A stretch of 58,005 nt of DNA. It comes from Chitinophagaceae bacterium (GTDB taxonomy: Bacteria > Bacteroidota > Bacteroidia > Chitinophagales > Chitinophagaceae). The stretch is from NCBI GenBank assembly GCA_035439185.1, contig DAORJS010000001.1, forward strand, positions 1 to 58,005, written 5' to 3'. Of the stretch, positions 8,940 to 17,960 are shown in pieces. The translations under genes were made by a program, and so were the position numbers. Position 1 is the first letter of the stretch. Each line of letters opens with the position of its first letter. A model generated the notes under the pieces. It searched no databases. It was given only the letters and a program-made list of their open reading frames with translations, and was not told the DNA's origin.

Positions 8940-9011
8940 GGTCCCGTAGTTCAATGGATAGAATAGAAGTTTCCTAAACTTTTGATACAGGTTCGATTCC
9001 TGTCGGGACTA
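8940..9011 (+). tRNA. tRNA-Arg (anticodon CCT)
   Basis: Acceptor stem GGTCCCG/CGGGACT, D-arm GTTCAATGGATAGAAT, anticodon arm GAAGT-TTCCTAA-ACTTT, T-arm ACAGG-TTCGATT-CCTGT. CCA not encoded. Confidence 0.95.
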
Positions 9012-9016
9012 CATCG

Positions 9017-9049
9017 CCCGTCTTTGCTTTAGCGAAGGCGGGTTTTTTT
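9017..9049 (+). terminator. Intrinsic terminator after tRNA-Arg
   Basis: CCCGTCTTTGCT / AGCGAAGGCGGG stem (with G-U pairs) followed by T7. Confidence 0.8.
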
Positions 9050-9068
9050 ATTTCAGCAGTTTCCCGAG

Positions 9069-9086
9069 CTTTTGATACAGGTCCCG
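9069..9086 (+). repeat. Partial tRNA-Arg duplication (possible att scar)
   Basis: CTTTTGATACAGGT at 9069-9082 is identical to tRNA positions 8979-8992. Confidence 0.55.
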
Positions 9087-9281
9087 AAACTGCAGAGCCG
9101 CATATAATTTTCAACTCAGTTTATTTTAAATACGAACATTTTTGTCTGAAATTAGCAATGTATTGTCAGTAACACGCATATTCTGTACTATTTCTAAATT
9201 GTGGTTGCAAAGGCGTCAAATCAATATTTTAAAGATAAAAAAATCATTAATTGCCGCCATTTCCAGCTTAATTGTAAGTAC

Positions 9282-12161
9282 ATGAAAAGAGTATACTTGA
9301 TCCTTCTTCTTTTGATGATCACTAAGGCGTATGCGCAAAATACTAACTACACCGGCCGGGTAAAAATTTCATTTCACGGGTTTATTTGTAACCGCCCTAC
9401 TAACGACGATCCGCTCGGGCGTGATGGGGTTAGTGATGAAGTAAGCATGGCCTTCTGGGCCTGGAGTCCTATAACAACGAACCGTGCCAACTATAACGGT
9501 ATTACAAAAATATATGGCGAGGATTTTTTCCTCCCTAATCGTATAAAAGCCGGCACTGCCACTATTAACGGCGGCATTAAAGCAGGGGATACCTATTACC
9601 GGGAACCAGTAGATGATAATAATCTGAATGTACTTTCCAAATACGATATTGTTAATACGTTTTGTTCAAACGAAACAGTAGTAGCCATTATCCCGGCTTT
9701 ATTTGAAGTGGACGAAGGACCCCTTCATGCTACTCCCTATCAGGATATGGGAGTGGTCGCCCGGCGTGCCTTTCAGGATGTGGACTTCCAGGCTGATATT
9801 TATAATTTCAGTTCGGCCTATACCTACAATGAAAATGATCCTTATGGATTTGTACGGCCCGGCCGGTATATTGGATTGGATGCAAAATTTGCCGGCTTGT
9901 TCACAGCCAACAAAAATAAACTGGCAACACGCCCTATTGGTCTGTTTTCAAACTGGAATTATAGTTCGCAAATAATCATACTTACACCTAAAACCATCCA
10001 GATTATAGCAGAGAAAGATTTCGGCTATGGCAAAGGCATACTGCCCGTATATTATAATGAAGAATCAATGGGCAATACAGAAGGTCATGGCAATTATATT
10101 GTGTTGCTGAAAGTAATTGCCGATATAAAGAATACAATTGTCAATGACCCGGCCGCCAACCTGCGCAAAGTAACGGTGCAGGTGAATAATGCCAGGGCCG
10201 GAGATGAGTACAAATTCAAATTGAATTCGTTTCCTGATAGTGATACAATCACCATGAGATACCCGGATACGACTGCCAGTTTCAATTTAAAAATCGCACC
10301 GGCAAACCGTTATAAGGTAGATCAGATTGCAGGACCCAATTCCTGTGCACTCATGAATCCGACCGGAGTAGTAAGTGCTCAGGATATTTTAGTAAAAGCA
10401 AATTGCGCTAAACCGCCGACCAATCAAAAGATTGGCATAAAAGTAAACGCGGTTGCTGCGGAGGAAGAATTTGAGTTCAGTATAAATGCTGTAAAGAAGA
10501 TAGTTGTTAAAGAAGCCAATAAGGTTGTTTACTTCGAAGGGGTATTTAAAACAGGTGATCTTTACCGCGTTTCACAAACGGCAGGTCCGAGAACCTGTCA
10601 ATTGAGCACTGTCACAGGTACTGTACAGAACGAAGATATTATTATCAACGCCGGCTGTGGTGAACCGCCGGTGAAGCAAAAGCTCAAAGGCAAATTTTAC
10701 GCACCGAAGGGATCGGTAATTGTTCTTCAGTTGAATAATGCTGAAAAATTAACAGTGACCCAGATAGCCGGGGAAGCAGGAGAATCGGGCTTAACTGATT
10801 TCATTTTCAATACACCGTTGACGGAGGGTACCAATTATAAAGTAGCCGTACTGTCTTCCACCGTTAGTGGCTGTGCTGTGATTGAAAACGCAACAGGTCA
10901 GATTGGCCCTGATTTGCTGGTGAATATCCGGTGCGATAAAAAATATGACCTGGTGAGCCGGAGTACGGATAATAAAATACTGACCACTTATTACGAAACG
11001 ACCTCTCCTGTTATCGGAGGAAGGGATGAAAATGAAGGCCGTTATGTTGCATTTGTTACATATGGTAAGGGAATAGATGGTTCAGATGGAAAACAGCGGC
11101 AGGTTTTCTGGCGCGACCGCAAACTGGGTATTACAAAACTCGTGAGCAAAAACAGTTCTGGAGAACCAGGCAATAACAGCAGTTACGCCCCTGCCATCTC
11201 CGCTGATGGTCAGACAGTAGCTTTTGAATCCTATGCCACAAATTTTGGCGTAGCCGATAATAATAATACCAGAGATATTTTTGTTTGGGAGGCCGGAACA
11301 GGCAATCTAAGTCTGGTCAGTAAATCACAACAGGGGGGAGCGGCCAATGGAGAAAGTTATGAACCCGCTATATCAGGAAATGGGAATGTCATTGCTTATA
11401 CTTCTCATGCAACAGATATTGTGAATCTTGGACCTGTTTATTCAACGCCCAATGTCTTTGTATCTGGCCAGGGAACTAATGACTATATCAGCAAACATTA
11501 TCAGACTGGTAAAGCGGCCTCTGGCTATTCACCCTCTATTTCTGAGGATGGCAATAAAATCGCTTTCTGTTCATACAGTGGCCATCTCGTGCAGGGTGAT
11601 AATAATAACCTCTGGGATATTTTTATCTGGCAAAAGGGAATGCCTTCGCTTAAACGCGTTAGCCTTACTTCCTCAGGTGCAGAAAGAAACCAGGGCACGG
11701 AAAGTGCCAGCCGCATAGTAGCACCGGCTATTTCCGGTGATGGGAACTGGGTGGTATATTCCACTACGGCTACCAATATGATCAGCGGCGATAATAATAA
11801 TTTGCAGGATATATTCATGTGCAGTACATCCGGAGGTGATGTTAGAAGAATTAGCCAGGTGAACAGTACTGAAGGAAATGGTGACAGTCCGATCGCACAA
11901 GGTGACAGAATTGGTATCAGTTATTCCGGAATCTGGATTACTTATAATACGAACGCGGATAATTTGGGTGTTTTGAAAGGGAATATTGTGTTACAAAATA
12001 CAAAAACAGGGGCTATCATTCCCGTTACCGATACCAAGGGAGGAAGTACCGGAAGTCCAAGGGTATCCAGAGAAGGAGCTTATATTATAGCTGGATGCAG
12101 TGAGAAGTATGATACAAGGTTTCCTTCTTCGGGGATATTTGTTTTCTTTCCATCGAAGTAA
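9282..12161 (+). CDS. Large secreted protein: unknown N-terminal domain, three Cys-paired beta-sandwich-like repeats and a C-terminal TolB/PD40-like beta-propeller
   Basis: Signal peptide MKRVYLILLLLMITKAYAQ. Repeats YKVDQIAGPNSC...ANC, YRVSQTAGPRTC...AGC, YKVAVLSSTVSGC...IRC. Propeller blades PAISADGQTVAFES, PAISGNGNVIAYTS, PSISEDGNKIAFCS, PAISGDGNWVVYST. Confidence 0.75.
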   Translation: MKRVYLILLLLMITKAYAQNTNYTGRVKISFHGFICNRPTNDDPLGRDGVSDEVSMAFWAWSPITTNRANYNGITKIYGEDFFLPNRIKAGTATINGGIKAGDTYYREPVDDNNLNVLSKYDIVNTFCSNETVVAIIPALFEVDEGPLHATPYQDMGVVARRAFQDVDFQADIYNFSSAYTYNENDPYGFVRPGRYIGLDAKFAGLFTANKNKLATRPIGLFSNWNYSSQIIILTPKTIQIIAEKDFGYGKGILPVYYNEESMGNTEGHGNYIVLLKVIADIKNTIVNDPAANLRKVTVQVNNARAGDEYKFKLNSFPDSDTITMRYPDTTASFNLKIAPANRYKVDQIAGPNSCALMNPTGVVSAQDILVKANCAKPPTNQKIGIKVNAVAAEEEFEFSINAVKKIVVKEANKVVYFEGVFKTGDLYRVSQTAGPRTCQLSTVTGTVQNEDIIINAGCGEPPVKQKLKGKFYAPKGSVIVLQLNNAEKLTVTQIAGEAGESGLTDFIFNTPLTEGTNYKVAVLSSTVSGCAVIENATGQIGPDLLVNIRCDKKYDLVSRSTDNKILTTYYETTSPVIGGRDENEGRYVAFVTYGKGIDGSDGKQRQVFWRDRKLGITKLVSKNSSGEPGNNSSYAPAISADGQTVAFESYATNFGVADNNNTRDIFVWEAGTGNLSLVSKSQQGGAANGESYEPAISGNGNVIAYTSHATDIVNLGPVYSTPNVFVSGQGTNDYISKHYQTGKAASGYSPSISEDGNKIAFCSYSGHLVQGDNNNLWDIFIWQKGMPSLKRVSLTSSGAERNQGTESASRIVAPAISGDGNWVVYSTTATNMISGDNNNLQDIFMCSTSGGDVRRISQVNSTEGNGDSPIAQGDRIGISYSGIWITYNTNADNLGVLKGNIVLQNTKTGAIIPVTDTKGGSTGSPRVSREGAYIIAGCSEKYDTRFPSSGIFVFFPSK

Positions 12162-12535
12162 TTGGTATGGGGCGATATTAAACTGACAGATAGGATTGAT
12201 CTGTTTTCAAAAAGGAGAACTTAGAAATTTCCTTGACTATTGACAGTGTTGATGACGCCTGGTCGTGATGTTAACCAGCGGTTTGGTATTCGATACCTGC
12301 CGGAAAGTCCCGCAATTCCTTGGTTGCCAAGCCTGCTTCAGCAAAATATGCTGGGTTTATTTTTAGGGACCAGTCCTGTAGACCTTCTGATCGTCTCACC
12401 CCGAGGCCAGCAGGGAAGCATTCTGATTTTAAGCGGCATAACTTCATATTTTAGAAAATATTTTCTGGTTTTTATTGCAACAGTTCAGGACTTATGTTGT
12501 TATATGAGCTCGGAAAAAAGTGCTGGTAAATAAAT

Positions 12536-12820
12536 ATGGATTATCCGGAACTCAAAATCTCCGATACCGACCGCATCATCGAAATGGCCTGGGAAGATCG
12601 TACCCCTTTTGAGGCCATTCTTTATCAGTTCGGATTGTCTGAGTCGCAGGTTGTGTCACTCATGCGCAGGGAACTCAAACGCAGTTCTTTTCTGCGCTGG
12701 AGAAAAAGGGTGAATCAGGGCATCAGTCAGAAACACCTGCAAAAAAGAAATCCGGAAATCAACCGGTTTAAGTGCAGCAGGCAAAGAGCCATCAGCGGGA
12801 ACCGGATTTCAAAAAGATAA
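12536..12820 (+). CDS. TIGR03643/DUF2805 family protein
   Basis: DRIIEMAWEDRTPFEAI...FGLSESQV...MRRELKRSSF..WRKRV signature. Confidence 0.85.
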   Translation: MDYPELKISDTDRIIEMAWEDRTPFEAILYQFGLSESQVVSLMRRELKRSSFLRWRKRVNQGISQKHLQKRNPEINRFKCSRQRAISGNRISKR

Positions 12821-12887
12821 AACCATCTTCTACTGGTACTGTTATTACGAACATATTGTATCTTTTTAATAAAGTCTACTGAAAAAT

Positions 12888-13520
12888 ATGATCCACAACC
12901 ACGAATCCATCCCTGCACTTGAAAAAAGATACCGGGCTAATATGATCAATTCATTAGGCGGTTTTAAAAGTCTTGTCCTGATCGGTACCCGGCACGAATC
13001 CGGTGCAGAAAATCTCGCCACTTTCAGCAGCCTTTTTCATTTAGGGGCCGACCCTGCCCTCTGTGGTATTATTGTACGGCCCAGTCAACCAGGACTCAAT
13101 ACCCTGCATAATATCCAACAGCAACAGGAATACACGATTAATCATGTGCGGCCTGCTTTTTACCGCGAAGCCCATCAGTGCAGTGCCAAATATCCTCCGG
13201 GTGAAAGTGAGTTCGATGCCACGGGACTCCATCCTTATTATGTAAATGGCATTGATGCCCCATTCGTGGAAGAAAGTCATATCCGGTTTGCCTGCAGTAC
13301 CGAGCAAATCATTCCAATCGAATTGAATGGCACCACAATGGTCATCGGCCGGATCATTTATGTAGAAGTACCAGATGAATGGGTAGGAGCCGATGGATTT
13401 ATTGATCTTGAAAAAGCAAATACGGTTACCTGCAGCGGACTCGATAGCTATCATACTACTTCAAGACTGGCCCGGTTGAGTTATGCCAAAACAGACAGGC
13501 CGGTAACAGAAGTAAACTGA
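12888..13520 (+). CDS. Flavin reductase (DIM6/NTAB)-family FMN-binding protein
   Basis: YRANMINSLGGFKS..LIGT, NLATFSSLFHLGADP, YTINHV, AHQCSAKY, SEFDATGL, APFVEES, GLDSY. Confidence 0.85.
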   Translation: MIHNHESIPALEKRYRANMINSLGGFKSLVLIGTRHESGAENLATFSSLFHLGADPALCGIIVRPSQPGLNTLHNIQQQQEYTINHVRPAFYREAHQCSAKYPPGESEFDATGLHPYYVNGIDAPFVEESHIRFACSTEQIIPIELNGTTMVIGRIIYVEVPDEWVGADGFIDLEKANTVTCSGLDSYHTTSRLARLSYAKTDRPVTEVN

Positions 13521-13694
13521 TATTAAGTCAGACTCCGCAGCCCTCAGTCAGTTAATGTCTGACCGTCTAATAGATTCTAATCTCAGATAAAATCTTTCCT
13601 GCATGCTGACTTTTGTAAAGCTGTTGTTTACGGGAAGAAGGTGAACTCATTTCTTTTATGTCTTATTCTCCGGAAGAGGTATCCGCGGTTAGAG

Positions 13695-14402
13695 TCAATG
13701 AAAAAGTCGGGCGAAATGGTTTTCAAGGTGCTCCCGCATACCAATTCTGAATTTTTCGGGGTTCCCGTTTTCCAGAATATCAATCAGTTCATTATGTGAT
13801 ACAAAGGTTTTAAGTAAGGGTTGTTTCTTCAATAAACCGCTATTGTGGACATAGTCAAAAACCGGAAGTAGCATCTTCTGGAATTTTTTTAGCGTTTCGT
13901 TTCCGGTGATTTCATACAATTTACCATGGAAAGCGATTTCATGTTCCACATTGAAGAGGTGATATTGAGTGGCCGGAGGCTCATTGCTCACGATATTTTT
14001 TAATTCTGCAATATCTTCTTTAGTGATACGGTGAAAAAGCAGGTCCGCCATCCCAATTTCCAAAACCAGCCTTATTTCAAAAATTTCTTTTAAGGTTTCC
14101 TGATCAAGGATATGAGGATTCATACTCTTACTCATCATCCCAAACAAATCAGGACTGGTAATGACAGATCCCCTTTTTTTTCTGGATTCTATCAGCCCCA
14201 TCATCTTTAACCTGGTCAAGGCTTCCCTGATTACAGTCCGGCTTACTCCTAATACTTCAGCCAGTTCAATTTCTTTTGGAATCACATCGCCAACTGCCAG
14301 TTTTCTATGCCGGAGTAGTTCAACCAGGCTGTCTTCCACTTTATCTACCAGGCTACTGGTATCAATAGATTTGATATCCGATTTAAGTAAGGCCAGGGCC
14401 AT
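13695..14402 (-). CDS. GntR/FadR-family transcriptional regulator, probable regulator of the sialic-acid locus
   Basis: HTH PKEIELAEVLGVSRTVIREAL, FCD domain (EIRLVLE, EIAFHGKLYEITGN); divergent from susC. Confidence 0.9.
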   Translation of the reverse strand: MALALLKSDIKSIDTSSLVDKVEDSLVELLRHRKLAVGDVIPKEIELAEVLGVSRTVIREALTRLKMMGLIESRKKRGSVITSPDLFGMMSKSMNPHILDQETLKEIFEIRLVLEIGMADLLFHRITKEDIAELKNIVSNEPPATQYHLFNVEHEIAFHGKLYEITGNETLKKFQKMLLPVFDYVHNSGLLKKQPLLKTFVSHNELIDILENGNPEKFRIGMREHLENHFARLFH

Positions 14403-14407
14403 TCTAT

Positions 14408-14420
14408 TATGTATTACTTA
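14408..14420. promoter_or_regulatory. Candidate GntR operator 1 (TATGT-ATT-ACTTA)
   Basis: Near-palindrome just upstream of the regulator start; fits the GntR GT-Nx-AC pattern; second copy at 14549. Confidence 0.55.
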
Positions 14421-14548
14421 TAAAAATCATTGCTAAGGTACGAAAAATAATAAAAATAATAATCATAATCTAAATAAATGAAAATCAATTAAATAAAAAT
14501 ATATTGATTATTTTTTTGGAAAGTTTGGGGTAATCATTTTATTTTTGA

Positions 14549-14561
14549 TATGTCCTACATA
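14549..14561. promoter_or_regulatory. Candidate GntR operator 2 (TATGT-CCT-ACATA)
   Basis: Perfect inverted repeat with a 3-bp spacer, ending 22 bp before the susC ATG. Confidence 0.6.
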
Positions 14562-14583
14562 ATACACAAATAAACTGCTTGTC

Positions 14584-17500
14584 ATGAAATCAACATGTTT
14601 AAGGCTTTGTCTGTTACAGCTATTCTTTTTCCAGGCATTTGCCATTTTTGCCCAAAACAAGAGTATAACCGGGAAAATCCTTTCAGAGGAATCCGCACCA
14701 TTGGCAGGTGTATCGGTTACCATTAAAGGAAAACAGGGAGGGGTGCAAACCAATGCAACCGGGGAGTACAGCATTGAAGCCAAAGAAGGAGATGTGCTGG
14801 TTTTTTCCTATTCGGGTTATTTTACCCGGGAAGTCAGACTGGGTGCTAATTCGGTTCTGGATCTGACGATGGAAACCAAGGTCAGTGAATTGGATGCAGT
14901 TGTAGTCACCGGCTATGGTACACAGAAAAGAAAAGAGGTTACCGGTGCCGTATCCACAGTCAGTCCCAAAACATTTGAACATAGTCCGAGTACCAATGTC
15001 GCCACTGTACTTCAGGGGAATGCTCCTGGTTTACGGGTACAGCAACGTACCGGCCAGCCGGGCACAACGCCTTCCATTTCATTCCGGGGTGGTACTGAAT
15101 TTGGCGGTGGGGGTACACCTCTTTTTATCATTGACGGGGTGATTGTTCCTTCTTTGTATGGGTTAGACATCAATGACGTGGCAAGTATTGATTTATTGAA
15201 GGATGCGGCCACTACGGCCATATATGGTGCCAGGGCAGCTAACGGTGTAGTACTGGTTACCACCAAAAAGGGGCAGAAGGGAAAAACCCGTGTTACCTAT
15301 TCATACAGTAATACCACTAATTATATCCGGCAGAACCCATCTGAATATCTGAATGCAGCAGATTATATACGCATGAACCGTATTGGAATTCAATCCCGCT
15401 TCAGAGGGGATTCATTGGACAACAACACAGCGGCTATGAATACAGACCGCAACCAGATTCTGGGCGCCTGGGGATGGGCGGTTAATACAGGCTGGCGTTC
15501 AGCGGAAGGTTTATATACAACACAGTTATTAAACAACCTGAACAGAAATCTGCTCAGTAATCCCAAATGGAAGCTGCTGGTGGATCCCAATCCATTCAAT
15601 CCTTCCCTGATTGACAGTATCGTTTTTACGGATCTGAGTGCAAAGGACCGGGAAGCGATGATCCTGCAACAGGTGAATACCAGTGAACATAATGTCAGCT
15701 TTTCAGGTGCGAATGATCAGGGTTCATATGCATTGTCATTAGGGATGGTAAAGGATAACGGGATGATCATTGGTTCCTGGCTGAAAAGAATTAATCTGAA
15801 TTTCAATGGCGGACTGAATGTTGGCAAGAACTTAAAGATCACAACCAATATCGGGGCCTATAATGTGGAACAGGCATTGCCTTACGGGGGATTCAACAAT
15901 GTTGACCCAGAAGGTGGAGCTGCCGGAGGTTTGCTTCAGCGTTTTGTAGGAGTGGCACCGACAGTACGTTATGTAAATGATACATCAGGTGTGATTTTGC
16001 CCGGCCCCAACGATGTTACATTGGGAAATCCTTTATACTGGAGCAGCCTTACTGTCAACAATACCAATCAGCAACGCTTTCTGGGAGGAATCAATCTGGA
16101 GTATACTATTCTGCCTTATCTTAAAATACTGGCCAGCGGTTCGGGGTATTATCAATATACCAACAACAATTTTTTCACAGAGGCGTTTCAACAGGGTAAT
16201 GGAGGAGCATTCAACACCAACCGCGCAGCCAGCTTTAATAATACCAGGACCGTACAGTATACAACCAATGCATTCTTACAGTTCAATAAAAATTTCAAAG
16301 GGCATACCGTAACAGCTCTGGCAGGAGGTGAATTTTATGATTTTAAAAATTATGTCAATTCCGGATTCTCTCAGGGATCCCCAACAGACCTTATTCCCTG
16401 GCTAACGGCTTCTACTCCACCCAGTGTACAGGGTACCACCATTATTAACCCTGCCGGTGCCTCGTCCAATTTTAATCAGTGGGAGCGCATTGCATCGGTT
16501 ATCGGCCGGGTAAATTATACGTATAAAAACAGGTACCTGCTCACTGGTGTAATCAGGGTTGATGGGTCAAGCAGACTGAAGAAAGGCAATTATTACGGAA
16601 CATTCCCCGGTGTTTCTGTAGGCTGGAACCTTCATAACGAAAATTTCTACAAAGGAAAAGCCATTTCAAAATACCTGAGCAGTATCAAACCCCGTATCAG
16701 CTATGGTGTTAACGGTAATGTAAACTCTCTTGGTTTCTTTGCCACTTCTCAAATCTATAATAATGCAGGTACCTATAACGGATTCGGAGGAACCTATGCA
16801 GGATCTTATATCAATTCGGATGTAAGATGGGAGCGCACCAACAGTCTGAACTTTGGTCTGGATCTGGGTATTCTGCAGGAAAGAATTACTTTGAATGTCG
16901 ACTATTTTGTACGCAACGTTTATGATAAGCTGGCAGGGCTGAATATTTCTTCTCAAACCGGTTTTGGCAGTTTTACCACCAATCTGGGTCAGTTGCAGAA
17001 TAAGGGAATTGAACTGGCCCTGAATGCAAAAATCATTGAACCCAGAAGGCTGAACGGTTTCAGTCTGGAAGCCGGCTTCAATTATTTTCATGTAAAGAGT
17101 TTTGCCAAGAAGCTTCCTTTCAACGGATTGCCAGGTAACCGGACTAATGGATTCTTTGTATGGGATCCCAAAAATCCCGGACAGCAGATGTATGTTGGGG
17201 GTTTGGTAGAGGGGCAACGAATCGGACTGGATGAGGTATGGGCACCACAGTGGGATGCTATTTATACAGATCTTTCTAAAATTACTTCCGATGCAAATGT
17301 GTACAATGCATTCCTTCCCTATACCAATAAAAAAATAAAACAGTTGGGGGATGCTCAATGGCATCAGGTGTATAAAAATGATACAATTGACAGCCGTCAG
17401 TTTGTAAAAGTCGGACGTACCACTCCACAGCATATGGGCGGTTTCAATCTCAGCAGTTCCTTTAAAGGAATCAGGCTTTATGCTGGTTTTGACTACGCAT

Positions 17501-17931
17501 TTGGTTTTGTGATATTGAATAATCAGGTTGTACGTGGCCTCAGTCAGGTTCAGGGTTCCCAGAACCAGACCACCGATGTTTTGAATACATGGTCTCCAAC
17601 GAATCCGAACGGCACAATGCCCCGGTTCTACTGGGCGAATCAGGGAAGAAACTATGCAACAGATGCCAGTGGAAACAACCCGGCAGCTAATCTGTGGGAA
17701 AAGGGAGATTATGTGATGTTACGGGAACTGACGATCGCTTATGATTTATCAGAGCAGATTCTCAGCAAGTATCTTGGAAACAGGTTGAAGGGACTTAGTT
17801 TCAATATAACAGGCTCCAACCTGGCCTATTTTTCTGGGTACAGTGGCAACTTTCCCGAATTTGGCGGAGTGGATCAGGGAAAATTCCCGCTTCCAAAAAG
17901 GCTCACGATTGGTGTACGCGTGACTTTATAA
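14584..17931 (+). CDS. susC: SusC/RagA TonB-dependent outer-membrane transporter
   Basis: Signal peptide, CarboxypepD-like N-terminus, VVVTGYG, PLFIIDG, LKDAATTAIYGARAANGVVLVTTKKG, WERT, C-terminal barrel strand. Confidence 0.96.
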   Translation: MKSTCLRLCLLQLFFFQAFAIFAQNKSITGKILSEESAPLAGVSVTIKGKQGGVQTNATGEYSIEAKEGDVLVFSYSGYFTREVRLGANSVLDLTMETKVSELDAVVVTGYGTQKRKEVTGAVSTVSPKTFEHSPSTNVATVLQGNAPGLRVQQRTGQPGTTPSISFRGGTEFGGGGTPLFIIDGVIVPSLYGLDINDVASIDLLKDAATTAIYGARAANGVVLVTTKKGQKGKTRVTYSYSNTTNYIRQNPSEYLNAADYIRMNRIGIQSRFRGDSLDNNTAAMNTDRNQILGAWGWAVNTGWRSAEGLYTTQLLNNLNRNLLSNPKWKLLVDPNPFNPSLIDSIVFTDLSAKDREAMILQQVNTSEHNVSFSGANDQGSYALSLGMVKDNGMIIGSWLKRINLNFNGGLNVGKNLKITTNIGAYNVEQALPYGGFNNVDPEGGAAGGLLQRFVGVAPTVRYVNDTSGVILPGPNDVTLGNPLYWSSLTVNNTNQQRFLGGINLEYTILPYLKILASGSGYYQYTNNNFFTEAFQQGNGGAFNTNRAASFNNTRTVQYTTNAFLQFNKNFKGHTVTALAGGEFYDFKNYVNSGFSQGSPTDLIPWLTASTPPSVQGTTIINPAGASSNFNQWERIASVIGRVNYTYKNRYLLTGVIRVDGSSRLKKGNYYGTFPGVSVGWNLHNENFYKGKAISKYLSSIKPRISYGVNGNVNSLGFFATSQIYNNAGTYNGFGGTYAGSYINSDVRWERTNSLNFGLDLGILQERITLNVDYFVRNVYDKLAGLNISSQTGFGSFTTNLGQLQNKGIELALNAKIIEPRRLNGFSLEAGFNYFHVKSFAKKLPFNGLPGNRTNGFFVWDPKNPGQQMYVGGLVEGQRIGLDEVWAPQWDAIYTDLSKITSDANVYNAFLPYTNKKIKQLGDAQWHQVYKNDTIDSRQFVKVGRTTPQHMGGFNLSSSFKGIRLYAGFDYAFGFVILNNQVVRGLSQVQGSQNQTTDVLNTWSPTNPNGTMPRFYWANQGRNYATDASGNNPAANLWEKGDYVMLRELTIAYDLSEQILSKYLGNRLKGLSFNITGSNLAYFSGYSGNFPEFGGVDQGKFPLPKRLTIGVRVTL

Positions 17932-17960
17932 TCAATTATTCAAGAAAAAAAATCGAAATC

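Noticed and set aside
12240-12533. 97-aa plus-strand ORF, and a 58-aa minus-strand ORF at 12271-12447, in the gap before DUF2805
   Set aside because: No recognisable motif or RNA structure; cannot be supported as a gene or ncRNA without a search.
8940-13520. Intact prophage or integrative element at tRNA-Arg
   Set aside because: No integrase, transposase, phage or conjugation genes; only a short duplication next to the tRNA.
13527-13563. GTCAGAC/GTCTGAC inverted repeat after the flavin reductase gene
   Set aside because: Only a 7-bp stem with a 23-nt loop and no U-tract; too weak to call a terminator.
16666-17433. 255-aa minus-strand ORF within susC
   Set aside because: Antisense shadow with no motifs.
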